Assembly: GCA_964520905.1 (NCBI GenBank)
Contig: CAZFQL010000010.1
Coordinates: 18,872-82,871, forward strand
Direction of reading: 5' to 3'
DNA: 64,000 bases
Origin: an uncultured Chlorobiaceae bacterium
GTDB taxonomy: Bacteria > Bacteroidota > Ignavibacteria > UBA10030 > SZUA-254
The notes beneath the pieces are model-generated. The model had not been told where the DNA came from and made no database searches. It saw nothing but the letters and a program-made list of their open reading frames with translations. The first letter of the stretch is position 1, and every line of letters begins with the position of its first letter. Shown piece after piece: positions 8,601 to 17,033 of this stretch. Position numbers and translations under genes: made by a program.

Positions 8601-8657
8601 GTGTATGACCTGTATGGATTGACGGAGGAGGAGATAAGGATTGTGGAAGGGCGGTAG
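5604..8657 (+). CDS. Type IIG-like restriction-modification fusion enzyme (PD-(D/E)xK nuclease + Eco57I-family gamma-class N6-adenine methyltransferase + TaqI_C-like specificity domain)
   Basis: 1017 aa. N-terminal RADYAFF...KFFVEAKKP nuclease-like motif. AdoMet motif I IIDIACGSGSFLLE. Motif IV VVGNPPYG. C-terminal LLGILNSTLIGWYFRKKF specificity-domain signature and a coiled tail ending YDLYGLTEEEIRIVEG. Confidence 0.85.
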   Translation: MENSLVHIRQLVNDFREHEKAYLAPSYQESQVRQDFIDKFFTVLGWDVSHQRQKNPYEQEVKIENRMRTEGTQRRADYAFFIAPNYRDVKFFVEAKKPAHDLANPNYYYQTVRYGWNKTTPIAILTDFEEFHILDCRFKPNIKTVLDHKIKSFHYSQYTDEEIFKKIFYLFGRDAVAGGSLEKFAETLSKPRGKGAKKGIVRGRYQQVDEAFLELLDGYRDTLAHAFKNKNPHLDGEALTEAVQRTLDRLVFIRFLEDKGIEEPVIINLVEKQLAWGSFITLCRSMEPKYNGLVFKPHPVIDSPTFIAPDDKMFGEICGDISDPTSPYDFNTIPISILGSIYERFLGKIVTTTDKRAKVIEKPEVRKAGGVYYTPEYIVRYIVSETVGKLLYDELQQETTRHAELVSASVPGLVQIPKQVRNDALFKLTPAEVAKLKIIDIACGSGSFLLEVYSQLLDYHTRYYNEFPEKAKKGDTETREGKIVLSHKKRQEILVNNIYGVDIDFQATEVTQLSLYLKLMEDVTMNDAYQFSLLKERMLPDLRRNIVCGNSLIGRDILDGKLFDDETERTLKPMNFEDVFPHIFSPLERGQRGVSDCGPVRQSSESIRDEGGFDVVVGNPPYGANFDSLAMTFLEKRFKTYVGRGESYLLFVERALKLLKHDGYFGYIIPDTYLNLGFTKALRDLLLQNAKIREVVRLPSTVFSGAVVDTTILTFQKARPTKDYHPVDVQVRLFNRKSKITAVSNAMREFSIHSGLWFQQDSFNLESSETENRISEKIQNANPVVADYADMFSGIKAYEVGKGDPSQNEKVRDNKPFTSEKKKDNAWSPLFDGKHIGRYELLWREDNWVHYGKWLAAPREEENFIGKKLLIRKIVGKTLLAMYVPYTSYCNTLLFILKTKPGCLFRYECLLGILNSTLIGWYFRKKFQISDEDLFPQIMIRDILKFPIPSVDKARHDYIVSLVEQMLAAKAKHAATTTESEKNRLDIQIEALDRQIDEAVYDLYGLTEEEIRIVEGR
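6805..6872. repeat. Composite palindromic repeat element inside the RM gene, kept in frame
   Basis: Two inverted 25-nt modules, GTCATGCTGAACTTGTTTCAGCATC (6805-6829) and GATTCCGAAACAAGTTCGGAATGAC (6848-6872). Each forms an 8-bp hairpin with a 5-nt loop. Termini are GTCAT...ATGAC. The element encodes RHAELVSAS...IPKQVRND. Confidence 0.75.
7356..7433. repeat. Second repeat-like in-frame insertion inside the RM gene
   Basis: Hairpin CCCCTCTTGAGAGGGG (7357-7372) and GCGGACCTGTCCGC (7393-7406). The peptide SPLERGQRGVSDCGPVRQSSESIRDE sits immediately before the conserved GGFDVVVGNPPYG block. Confidence 0.5.
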
Positions 8658-8724
8658 TTGCAACCTGCTACCAAGATAAACTAAGCGGAGCAAAGAAAAA
8701 GGATCAGGGTAAGGTCTCAGGTAG

Positions 8725-8764
8725 ATCGAACTTCAGTTCGATGCCAAGCGAGCTAAAGCTCGCT
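8725..8764. repeat. Pair of perfect 7-bp hairpins downstream of the RM gene
   Basis: ATCGAACTTCAGTTCGAT (8725-8742) and AGCGAGCTAAAGCTCGCT (8747-8764). Confidence 0.7.
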
Positions 8765-8931
8765 CTACAATTTATTGAACTGAAAGAAAAGAAAAAGCAT
8801 TTGGCTTTAGCTACATGGAGAATGATGCTGAAGGATATTATATTTTATTCTTCTTAATCGGTCTCGTATTTTTGTTTCTTTCCTAAAAATTCCCTAATTT
8901 ATCACAACATTTAAACGATATTCATAAGGCA

Positions 8932-10356
8932 ATGAACTATCTAAGCTCTGAACTCTTTGCAATTGCACCAATAATTTCTATAACAATCGTATCACTTATC
9001 GTTTTGCTGGTAGAAGCATTAGTAAAACAGGGTGAGCGGCTAAGTTATTGGATTAGCGTGGTTGGTTTAGTTATTACTGCTTATGTTGCGATAGCAACAA
9101 TGCCGCTAATCGGTACAGCATACAATAGGATGGTTACGGTCGGTGGTTTCGGAAGTATGTTTGCCACACTATTCAGTATCGCGGCGCTATTAACGGTTGT
9201 GCTGTCGAGGGATTACCTCACAAAAGAGAACGCGCACTTTGGAGAATTTTATCTTCTCATACTCTTCTCAACCCTCGGCATGATGCTTATGGCATCAGCC
9301 GCCGATCTTATCGTCCTCTTCCTGGGGTTGGAGTTAATGTCGATCTGCCTTTATGTGCTTGCAGGTTTCTTCCGCAAGCGCTTGTTGTCCAATGAATCGT
9401 CACTAAAATATTTCCTCCTCGGCGCATTTGCAACAGGTTTTCTACTTTACGGTATAGCCCTTCTTTATGGTGCATCGGGGACAACCAATATCGCACTTAT
9501 CGTTCAAAATATTCCTGCAATTTCATATTCACCATTCTTCTGGGTTGGTATTGGGTTGCTGATGGTTGGGTTAGCATTCAAGGTTGGTGCAGTACCGTTC
9601 CATATGTGGATACCGGATGTGTATCAGGGCTCTCCGACTACAGTCTCCGGATTCATGGCAACCGGAGCTAAAGCCGCGGCATTTGCGGCATTCATTCTTT
9701 TATTCCTTCATCCCCAATCCGAAAACCCGGACCAAGTAAAAACCGTGCTTGCTGTTATTTCTGCAGCATCAATGATTGTTGGTAATATCATAGCCATCTC
9801 TCAATCGAACATTAAACGGATGCTGGCGTATTCGAGCATCGCTCACGCCGGATATATGCTGGCAGGATTAGCGGCAGGTAATGATCTCGGACGAACAGGT
9901 ATTCTATTTTATCTCGTCACATATACTTTCATGAACATAGGCGCCTTCGGTATTCTCTCGCTCCTCGAAAGGGAGGAAGAGAAGAATCTGACATTCGATG
10001 ATTATGCCGGACTTGGCAGAAAGCGACCTTTCCTTGCGGCTTTGATGGCAATCTTCATGTTCTCTCTTGCAGGGATACCACCGTTTGCCGGGTTCTTCGG
10101 AAAATATTATGTCTTCGTCGCTGCCATTAATTCTAATCTCACATGGCTTGCCATCCTCGGTGTACTGATGAGCGTTGTTTCGGTTTATTATTATCTCCGA
10201 CTTGTGGTCGTGATGTACTTCCGCGAAGGAGAAATGATCATAACTGGAGGTATATCCAGGGCAAGCGTTGCAGTTCTCACTATTGCAGCGTTAGTTATTA
10301 TAGAGCTTGGTATTTATCCGAGTTCTATCCTTTCCATAATCAACAATCTTTATTAA
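8932..10356 (+). CDS. nuoN: NADH-quinone oxidoreductase subunit N
   Basis: 474-aa polytopic protein with the NuoN/ND2 pattern (LGLELMSICLYVLAGF, KVGAVPFHMWIPDVYQGSPT, MLAYSSIAHAGYML). Confidence 0.92.
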   Translation: MNYLSSELFAIAPIISITIVSLIVLLVEALVKQGERLSYWISVVGLVITAYVAIATMPLIGTAYNRMVTVGGFGSMFATLFSIAALLTVVLSRDYLTKENAHFGEFYLLILFSTLGMMLMASAADLIVLFLGLELMSICLYVLAGFFRKRLLSNESSLKYFLLGAFATGFLLYGIALLYGASGTTNIALIVQNIPAISYSPFFWVGIGLLMVGLAFKVGAVPFHMWIPDVYQGSPTTVSGFMATGAKAAAFAAFILLFLHPQSENPDQVKTVLAVISAASMIVGNIIAISQSNIKRMLAYSSIAHAGYMLAGLAAGNDLGRTGILFYLVTYTFMNIGAFGILSLLEREEEKNLTFDDYAGLGRKRPFLAALMAIFMFSLAGIPPFAGFFGKYYVFVAAINSNLTWLAILGVLMSVVSVYYYLRLVVVMYFREGEMIITGGISRASVAVLTIAALVIIELGIYPSSILSIINNLY

Positions 10357-10360
10357 TTCC

Positions 10361-11941
10361 ATGGAAGTCGTCGTCACATCGGCTGAAATGCAAGCTTGTG
10401 ATCGGTACGCAATCGACACACTTAAAATACCCGGCTTAACTCTTATGGAAAATGCCGGTCGTGGGGTTGTCGAGATGATGGAAAAGCATTTCGGTTCGAT
10501 GGCTGGTAAAACTGTTGTTATTCTATGTGGTAAAGGAAACAACGGTGGTGATGGCTATGTAGTAGCTCGCCATCTATTCAACCGCGGTGCGAAGGTTGTT
10601 GTTGGTGTTTTAGGAAAAGGATCTGAGATAAAAGGTGACGCTAAAATCAACTATGAGAGCATTCAGAAAATTGCAGCGAAGTTTAAAAAAGGTGGAATGC
10701 TCCAGATTCAAGATTTAAAATCAAATAAGACTTTAAGATTGCTCCCTCAAGCTGACATTGTTGTAGATGCGATTTTCGGAACAGGATTTTCCGGTGAGGT
10801 CCGAGAGTCATATAAGTCAGTTATCGAATGGATTAATAAAGTGGACAGCAAGAAAGTTAGCGTCGATGTTCCCTCAGGTGTTAATGCAAACAATGGTGAG
10901 ATTAGTAATGTTGCCGTGAAAGCCGATTTAACTGTAACAATGGCATTGAATAAAGTCGGCTTAATAGCTGGCGGTGGAATGTGTTGTGCCGGACAGGTTG
11001 AAGTTGTTGATATATCGATGCCGAAAGAAATTGTTGCGCTTCAAAAACCAACGACATTCATTGTACACGGTGAAGATGTTCGGAAAGTATTGCCTGTCAG
11101 ACCACTCAATGCACACAAGCATAGCGTTGGAAAAATATTCGTTCTTGCCGGTTCGCGCGGCTATACTGGAGCAGCGGCTATGACAGCAAGTTCGGCTATG
11201 CGTGCCGGTGCCGGAGCAGTAATATTAGGAACACCTAACTCTGTATATCCGATTCTTGCAAAGAAATTAACCGAGGTGATGGTTGAACCGCTTCCGGATA
11301 CAGAGGAAGGAACATTGAGTCTCGCGGCGTTCGATAAAATACAAGAACACGTGCAATGGGCAGACATTATCATTTGCGGTCCGGGAATATCTCGTAACCG
11401 AGAAACTTGTCAGTTGATTTGGAGAATAATATCCGAATGTGATAAGAAGATGCTCATGGATGCCGATGGGTTGAATAATCTTTCGGAAAAGATTTCATTA
11501 TTAAAAAACCATCTTAGCAAGGAAATAATAATTACACCGCACGCGGGAGAACTCTCTCGCCTTACCGGATTATCGGTAGTGGAGATTGAGAAAGATCGCG
11601 TAAGAATTGCAAGGCAAACAGCTAAGCAGTTCCGGCTTACACTTGTCCTAAAAGGCGCGCCGACTGTAACTGCAGACGAAACAGGAATGGTATATATTAA
11701 TTCAACCGGCAATCCAGGTATGGCATCTGCCGGGATGGGCGATGTACTCTCAGGACTAATCGGTGGTCTGTGGGCGCAAGGTATGCATAAAACAGAATCA
11801 GCTTATTCAGGCGTTTACCTTCACGGCTATGCAGGCGATCTTGCGATTAAAAAGTATGGGGAGAGAAGCTTACTTGCAATGGATGCTCACGATTTTGTTC
11901 CCCAATCTATCCTTGAGGTAGAAGGCGGCATTGCATTGTGA
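10361..11941 (+). CDS. nnr: Bifunctional NAD(P)H-hydrate repair enzyme (epimerase / ADP-dependent dehydratase)
   Basis: N-terminal YjeF_N domain (GKGNNGGDGYVVARHL) and C-terminal carbohydrate-kinase-like dehydratase domain (HKHSVGKIFVLAGSRGYTGAA, GNPGMASAGMGDVLSG). Confidence 0.9.
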   Translation: MEVVVTSAEMQACDRYAIDTLKIPGLTLMENAGRGVVEMMEKHFGSMAGKTVVILCGKGNNGGDGYVVARHLFNRGAKVVVGVLGKGSEIKGDAKINYESIQKIAAKFKKGGMLQIQDLKSNKTLRLLPQADIVVDAIFGTGFSGEVRESYKSVIEWINKVDSKKVSVDVPSGVNANNGEISNVAVKADLTVTMALNKVGLIAGGGMCCAGQVEVVDISMPKEIVALQKPTTFIVHGEDVRKVLPVRPLNAHKHSVGKIFVLAGSRGYTGAAAMTASSAMRAGAGAVILGTPNSVYPILAKKLTEVMVEPLPDTEEGTLSLAAFDKIQEHVQWADIIICGPGISRNRETCQLIWRIISECDKKMLMDADGLNNLSEKISLLKNHLSKEIIITPHAGELSRLTGLSVVEIEKDRVRIARQTAKQFRLTLVLKGAPTVTADETGMVYINSTGNPGMASAGMGDVLSGLIGGLWAQGMHKTESAYSGVYLHGYAGDLAIKKYGERSLLAMDAHDFVPQSILEVEGGIAL

Positions 11942-12342
11942 GCAAGCATCTTAAGCATTTCTTAAGGTACCAATTTCCGGCAATTGGTTGGGCGATTATG
12001 ATCTTTATCGTTTCATCCGTGCCGGCGAAATACATTCCATCATATAAAATATTTCATTACGATAAACTGATACACATCTGCCTCTTCTTCATTTTCGGGG
12101 TGCTCGTTTATCGTGCGCTGGAGCCTTATTCACAAAAAAATTCATTCAGTTGGGCAAGGATATTGTTTTCGATCTCCGTAGTAATCTTGTATGGTGTTCT
12201 CGATGAAATCCATCAAGGGTATGTTCCCGGTAGGACTATAGATATATGGGATGCTGCAGCCGATACGCTTGGTGGAATTCTTGCAGCATTAATCGTTTTC
12301 CTGAGGTACCTTCCCCGGCGGTCGGCTTCAAGAACTCAATGA
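11938..12342 (+). CDS. VanZ-like family membrane protein
   Basis: 134 aa with 4 TM helices. DKLIHICLFFIFG and DEIHQGYVPGRTIDIWDAAADTLGG are typical of VanZ-like proteins. The GTG start overlaps the nnr stop. Confidence 0.7.
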   Translation: MSKHLKHFLRYQFPAIGWAIMIFIVSSVPAKYIPSYKIFHYDKLIHICLFFIFGVLVYRALEPYSQKNSFSWARILFSISVVILYGVLDEIHQGYVPGRTIDIWDAAADTLGGILAALIVFLRYLPRRSASRTQ

Positions 12343-12366
12343 TTGTATTTTGGAAATCCTTACTAA

Positions 12367-13518
<1,152 letters not shown>

Positions 13519-13572
13519 ATATTTTTAATTATTTAACAGGAGTTACACTTGAATCTATATCATATAATCGCA

Positions 13573-13887
13573 ATGTCACCACAAGGTCAGGGAGAGGGTG
13601 GTGGAATGTTCAGTACCCTTATCATGTTTGCATTGATCATATTAATTTTCTATTTCATGATTTTGCGCCCCCAACAGAAACGACAGAAAGAGCGCGAGAA
13701 AATGCTGAATGATGTTCAGAAGGGGGATAAGATTGTATCTGCAGGAGGTATTCACGGTACTGTTGTTGGATTGGAAGATAAATCACTGCTCGTACAAATC
13801 GCAGATAACGTAAAAGTAAAGTTGGAAAAATCTGCGGTTTCATCAGTCATTCGCAGTAGTGCGGGTGATGTAGGAAAAACAAGTTAA
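13573..13887 (+). CDS. yajC: Preprotein translocase subunit YajC
   Basis: MSPQGQGEGGGMFSTLIMFALIILIFYFMILRPQQKRQKE...GDKIVSAGGIHGTV. The ORF is open from 13549 (TTG), but the ATG at 13573 fits the usual YajC N-terminus. Confidence 0.85.
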   Translation: MSPQGQGEGGGMFSTLIMFALIILIFYFMILRPQQKRQKEREKMLNDVQKGDKIVSAGGIHGTVVGLEDKSLLVQIADNVKVKLEKSAVSSVIRSSAGDVGKTS

Positions 13888-13899
13888 TAAACTTTCTTT

Positions 13900-15135
13900 T
13901 TGAATATCGTGAGTCGAGAACATTTTAAATTCAGCGCTGTCGAAGATGCGATAAAGGATTTCCAGAAAGGAAAAATTGTTATCGTTGTTGACGATGAAGA
14001 TCGTGAGAATGAGGGTGATTTTGTTTTCGCAGCTGAAAGATGTACTGCTGAAGCAATAAATTTCATGGCAAAACATGCTCGTGGCATCATTTGTGTCGCT
14101 TTGACTGATCAACGTACCCGGGAACTCTCACTCGATCCTATGGTAGAAAGCAATACTTCTCTTCATGAAACGTCATTCACTGTTTCGGTAGATTACATCT
14201 ATGGAACGACAACCGGTGTTTCTGCGCATGATCGTAATTCAACAGTTCACGCGCTGACGGATCCCAAAACAAAGCCGAGTGAACTTGCCCGTCCCGGACA
14301 TATCTTTCCGCTTAGAGCGATCGAAGGCGGTGTTCTCAGACGCGCAGGACATACTGAAGCAGTTATAGACCTGTGTAACTTTGCCGGTTTATATCCTGCC
14401 GGTGTTCTATGCGAAATTTTGAACGAAGACGGTTCTATGGCTCGCGTTCCCGATCTGATGAATCTCGCTCAACATTTTCATCTCCACATAATCACCGTTC
14501 AGGATATAATTCAATACCGAACACAACGTGAAAAATTGGTTAAAAAGGTTGTATCAACGCGTCTTCCAACCAAGTACGGCAAATTCGATATCCATATTTA
14601 CAAGAGCGATAATGATAATAAAGAACATATCGCTCTCGTGAAAGGAGATGTTCATCCGGAAAAACCAATATTAGTCAGGGTTCACTCTGAATGTTTGACG
14701 GGAGATGTATTCGGATCAATGCGCTGTGATTGCAACGACCAGTTAGTCGCGGCTCTCAAGATGGTTGAGAAAGAAGGCGCAGGCATCATTTTGTATATGA
14801 GGCAGGAAGGTAGAGGTATCGGTCTATCTAACAAAATCCGTGCGTACAAATTACAGGATGAAGGATTAGATACTGTTGAAGCGAATGAGAAATTGGGGTT
14901 TCGGCCCGATCTCCGTGATTATGGGATAGGTGCTCAAATACTCCGCGACTTGGGTGTGCGGCAAATGCGTCTTATGACGAATAATCCTAAGAAAGTAGTA
15001 GGATTACACGGTTATGGATTGGATATCGTTGAGAGAATTCCACTGGAAGCTTTGCCCCATGAGCATAATGAGAAATATCTCAGAACGAAGCGCGATAAGC
15101 TGGGACACCTGATTTTACTTGACCAGAAGTCTTAA
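13900..15135 (+). CDS. ribBA: Bifunctional 3,4-dihydroxy-2-butanone-4-phosphate synthase / GTP cyclohydrolase II
   Basis: DHBP synthase motifs ([17 protein letters not shown]) followed by GCH-II motifs ([30 protein letters not shown]). Confidence 0.95.
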   Translation: MNIVSREHFKFSAVEDAIKDFQKGKIVIVVDDEDRENEGDFVFAAERCTAEAINFMAKHARGIICVALTDQRTRELSLDPMVESNTSLHETSFTVSVDYIYGTTTGVSAHDRNSTVHALTDPKTKPSELARPGHIFPLRAIEGGVLRRAGHTEAVIDLCNFAGLYPAGVLCEILNEDGSMARVPDLMNLAQHFHLHIITVQDIIQYRTQREKLVKKVVSTRLPTKYGKFDIHIYKSDNDNKEHIALVKGDVHPEKPILVRVHSECLTGDVFGSMRCDCNDQLVAALKMVEKEGAGIILYMRQEGRGIGLSNKIRAYKLQDEGLDTVEANEKLGFRPDLRDYGIGAQILRDLGVRQMRLMTNNPKKVVGLHGYGLDIVERIPLEALPHEHNEKYLRTKRDKLGHLILLDQKS

Positions 15136-15192
15136 GATTTTTCTTGCTTTTGTGATTTCCATGTTGTAGATTCATAATAGGTTTAAATAATC

Positions 15193-15228
15193 AGCCATCA
15201 CCGAACAGTGTGATGGCTTTTATTTTTT
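15193..15228 (+). terminator. Rho-independent terminator after ribBA
   Basis: AGCCATCAC (15193-15201) / GTGATGGCT (15210-15218) followed by TTTATTTTTT. Confidence 0.8.
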
Positions 15229-15274
15229 GAATTAACTATAGAGATATATACAAAGTTTTATCAACGGTGTTTGT

Positions 15275-15766
15275 ATGAGTGATAATAATAAAAACAACGG
15301 GGCTGTCTATCTAACTCGTGAGAGACTTGTAGAACTTGAGCACCAACTCCACGTACTCAAGCTCAAAGGAAGAGCAGAGATGGCTCAGAAAATTCACGAA
15401 GCTCGAAGTCACGGCGACCTTTCCGAGAACGCCGAGTATAATGCCGCAAAAGAAGAACAACAGCATCTTGAATTGCGCATAGCAAAATTGGAATTAACAT
15501 TGGCAAGAGCACAAATCATCGAAAGCAAAGATCTTCCGAACGATAAAGTGTATATACTCTCCAGCGTTAAATTAAAAGATTTGGAGTCGAAGGAATCAGT
15601 CACCTATATGCTTGTTTCACCTGAAGAAGCCGACTTCGAGAAAAATAAGATTTCCGTCAGTTCTCCTATTGGAAAAGGATTGATGGGAAAAACTCAGGGT
15701 GAGAAAATTAAAATTCCTGTGCCCGCCGGAACATTGGAATACGAAATACTCGAAATCACCCGCTAA
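15275..15766 (+). CDS. greA: Transcription elongation factor GreA
   Basis: 163 aa with an N-terminal coiled coil containing GDLSENAEYNAAKEEQ and a C-terminal FKBP-like domain (ISVSSPIGKGLMGK). Confidence 0.93.
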   Translation: MSDNNKNNGAVYLTRERLVELEHQLHVLKLKGRAEMAQKIHEARSHGDLSENAEYNAAKEEQQHLELRIAKLELTLARAQIIESKDLPNDKVYILSSVKLKDLESKESVTYMLVSPEEADFEKNKISVSSPIGKGLMGKTQGEKIKIPVPAGTLEYEILEITR

Positions 15767-15787
15767 GTTGAATGAGTCTATCAACGG

Positions 15788-16300
15788 ATGCCTACTAACC
15801 TCGAGATAAAAGCCAGGATACCGAGCATTCAGTATGCAATAAATATTGCTGAAAAATTACCCGCCAGTTTCTCTACTGAATTAAATCAAACGGATACTTA
15901 CTTTGTTGTACCTAAAGGCAGATTGAAACTGAGGGAAATTAATAATTCGCAATGCGAACTGATATATTATACTCGAACAGAGACATCTAACGAACGATTA
16001 AGTGATTTTGAAATTTCTACTGTTACCGATTCTATCAATCTTAAATCGATTCTGAAAATGGCTTATGGAGTTTCAGCCGCCGTACAGAAAAAAAGATTAT
16101 TATATTTATACGGCACGACGCGAATTCACATAGATAATATCGATAGTCTTGGAGCATTCATCGAGTTTGAAGTTCCGGTCGAAACAGATCATCAAAAAGC
16201 ACATAATATCATGCAATTCTTGATCTCTAAATTTCAAATTCAGGATGACAGTTTTATAAAGGAATCGTATATGGATTTGATACTCGATAAAGGTACATAG
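15788..16300 (+). CDS. CYTH-domain protein (class IV adenylate cyclase CyaB-like)
   Basis: Starts with the NLEIKAR (ExExK) signature, then RLKLREI and IHIDNIDSLGAFIEFEV, as in CYTH/CyaB proteins. Confidence 0.75.
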   Translation: MPTNLEIKARIPSIQYAINIAEKLPASFSTELNQTDTYFVVPKGRLKLREINNSQCELIYYTRTETSNERLSDFEISTVTDSINLKSILKMAYGVSAAVQKKRLLYLYGTTRIHIDNIDSLGAFIEFEVPVETDHQKAHNIMQFLISKFQIQDDSFIKESYMDLILDKGT

Positions 16301-16425
16301 GACGGTAAATGATTTTGTCTTAAACAATGCCTAAATTCATTGAAAAGCTCGATAATAATTCAAATAAATCATAAGTATATATTTGCGTAGAGATAGAAAT
16401 TTAAGTATATTTAATCCCATAAAAT

Positions 16426-16498
16426 GCGGGAATAGCTCAGTTGGTAGAGCGTCACCTTGCCAAGGTGAATGTCGCGGGTCCGAATCCCGTTTCCCGCT
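16426..16498 (+). tRNA. tRNA-Gly (anticodon GCC)
   Basis: Manual cloverleaf. Acceptor GCGGGAA/TTCCCGC, D arm GCTC..GAGC, anticodon stem TCACC/GGTGA with loop TTGCCAA, T arm GCGGG TCCGAAT CCCGT. Confidence 0.9.
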
Positions 16499-16534
16499 CA
16501 ATACAATGTCGAGACATCAAAATTTATGATTGTT

Positions 16535-16576
16535 ACCCCGTCGCTTCCATCATCATAGGTGGCGGGGTTTGTTTTT
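16535..16576 (+). terminator. Hairpin plus T-run after tRNA-Gly
   Basis: ACCCCGTC (16535-16542) pairs with GGCGGGGT (16561-16568, one G-U pair), followed by TTGTTTTT. Confidence 0.55.
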
Positions 16577-16593
16577 GATTAAGGATAGAAGCT

Positions 16594-16665
16594 GGCGCCG
16601 TACCCAAGTGGTAAGGGAGAGGTCTGCAAAACCTTTATGCAGCGGTTCGAATCCGCTCGGCGCCT
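16594..16665 (+). tRNA. tRNA-Cys (anticodon GCA)
   Basis: Acceptor GGCGCCG/CGGCGCC, anticodon stem GAGGT/ACCTT with loop CTGCAAA, T arm AGCGG TTCGAAT CCGCT. Confidence 0.88.
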
Positions 16666-16756
16666 CAAGATCAAGTAAAAAGTAAAAATGCAAAATTAGA
16701 AATGGGAATAGCTTAATATTTTTTTACTTTTGCCTTTTTCATTTTGAATTGATTTC

Positions 16757-16842
16757 GCCGGGGTGGCGAAACTGGTAGACGCACAGGACTTAAAATCCTG
16801 TTTTCCGCAAGGAGAGTGTCGGTTCGATTCCGATCCCCGGCA
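16757..16842 (+). tRNA. tRNA-Leu (anticodon TAA), class II with long variable arm
   Basis: Acceptor GCCGGGG/CCCCGGC, anticodon stem CAGGA/TCCTG with loop CTTAAAA, long variable arm, T loop GGTTCGATTCC. Confidence 0.88.
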
Positions 16843-16857
16843 CAACGGATTAACGTG

Positions 16858-16931
<74 letters not shown>

Positions 16932-17033
16932 CAAGAAAGGATGAATTTGCTTTCAGAATAAATCTCGAAAATATATATCGTATTATTTATTTCTGAAATC
17001 GGATTTGCTCCGATTTTTTTTATTGAATTTAAT

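Noticed and set aside
5604-8657. Possibility that the methyltransferase fusion is PglX of a BREX system or part of another multi-gene defence island.
   Set aside because: No PglZ, BrxC, BrxL, helicase, or other partner gene is adjacent. The neighbours are a pseudogene fragment and nuoN.
13888-13899. An FMN riboswitch expected upstream of ribBA, and likewise a B12 riboswitch upstream of the mutase at 41142-41317.
   Set aside because: Only 12 nt separate yajC and ribBA, so there is no room. The 41142-41317 region is AT-rich with no B12-box-like sequence or conserved stems.
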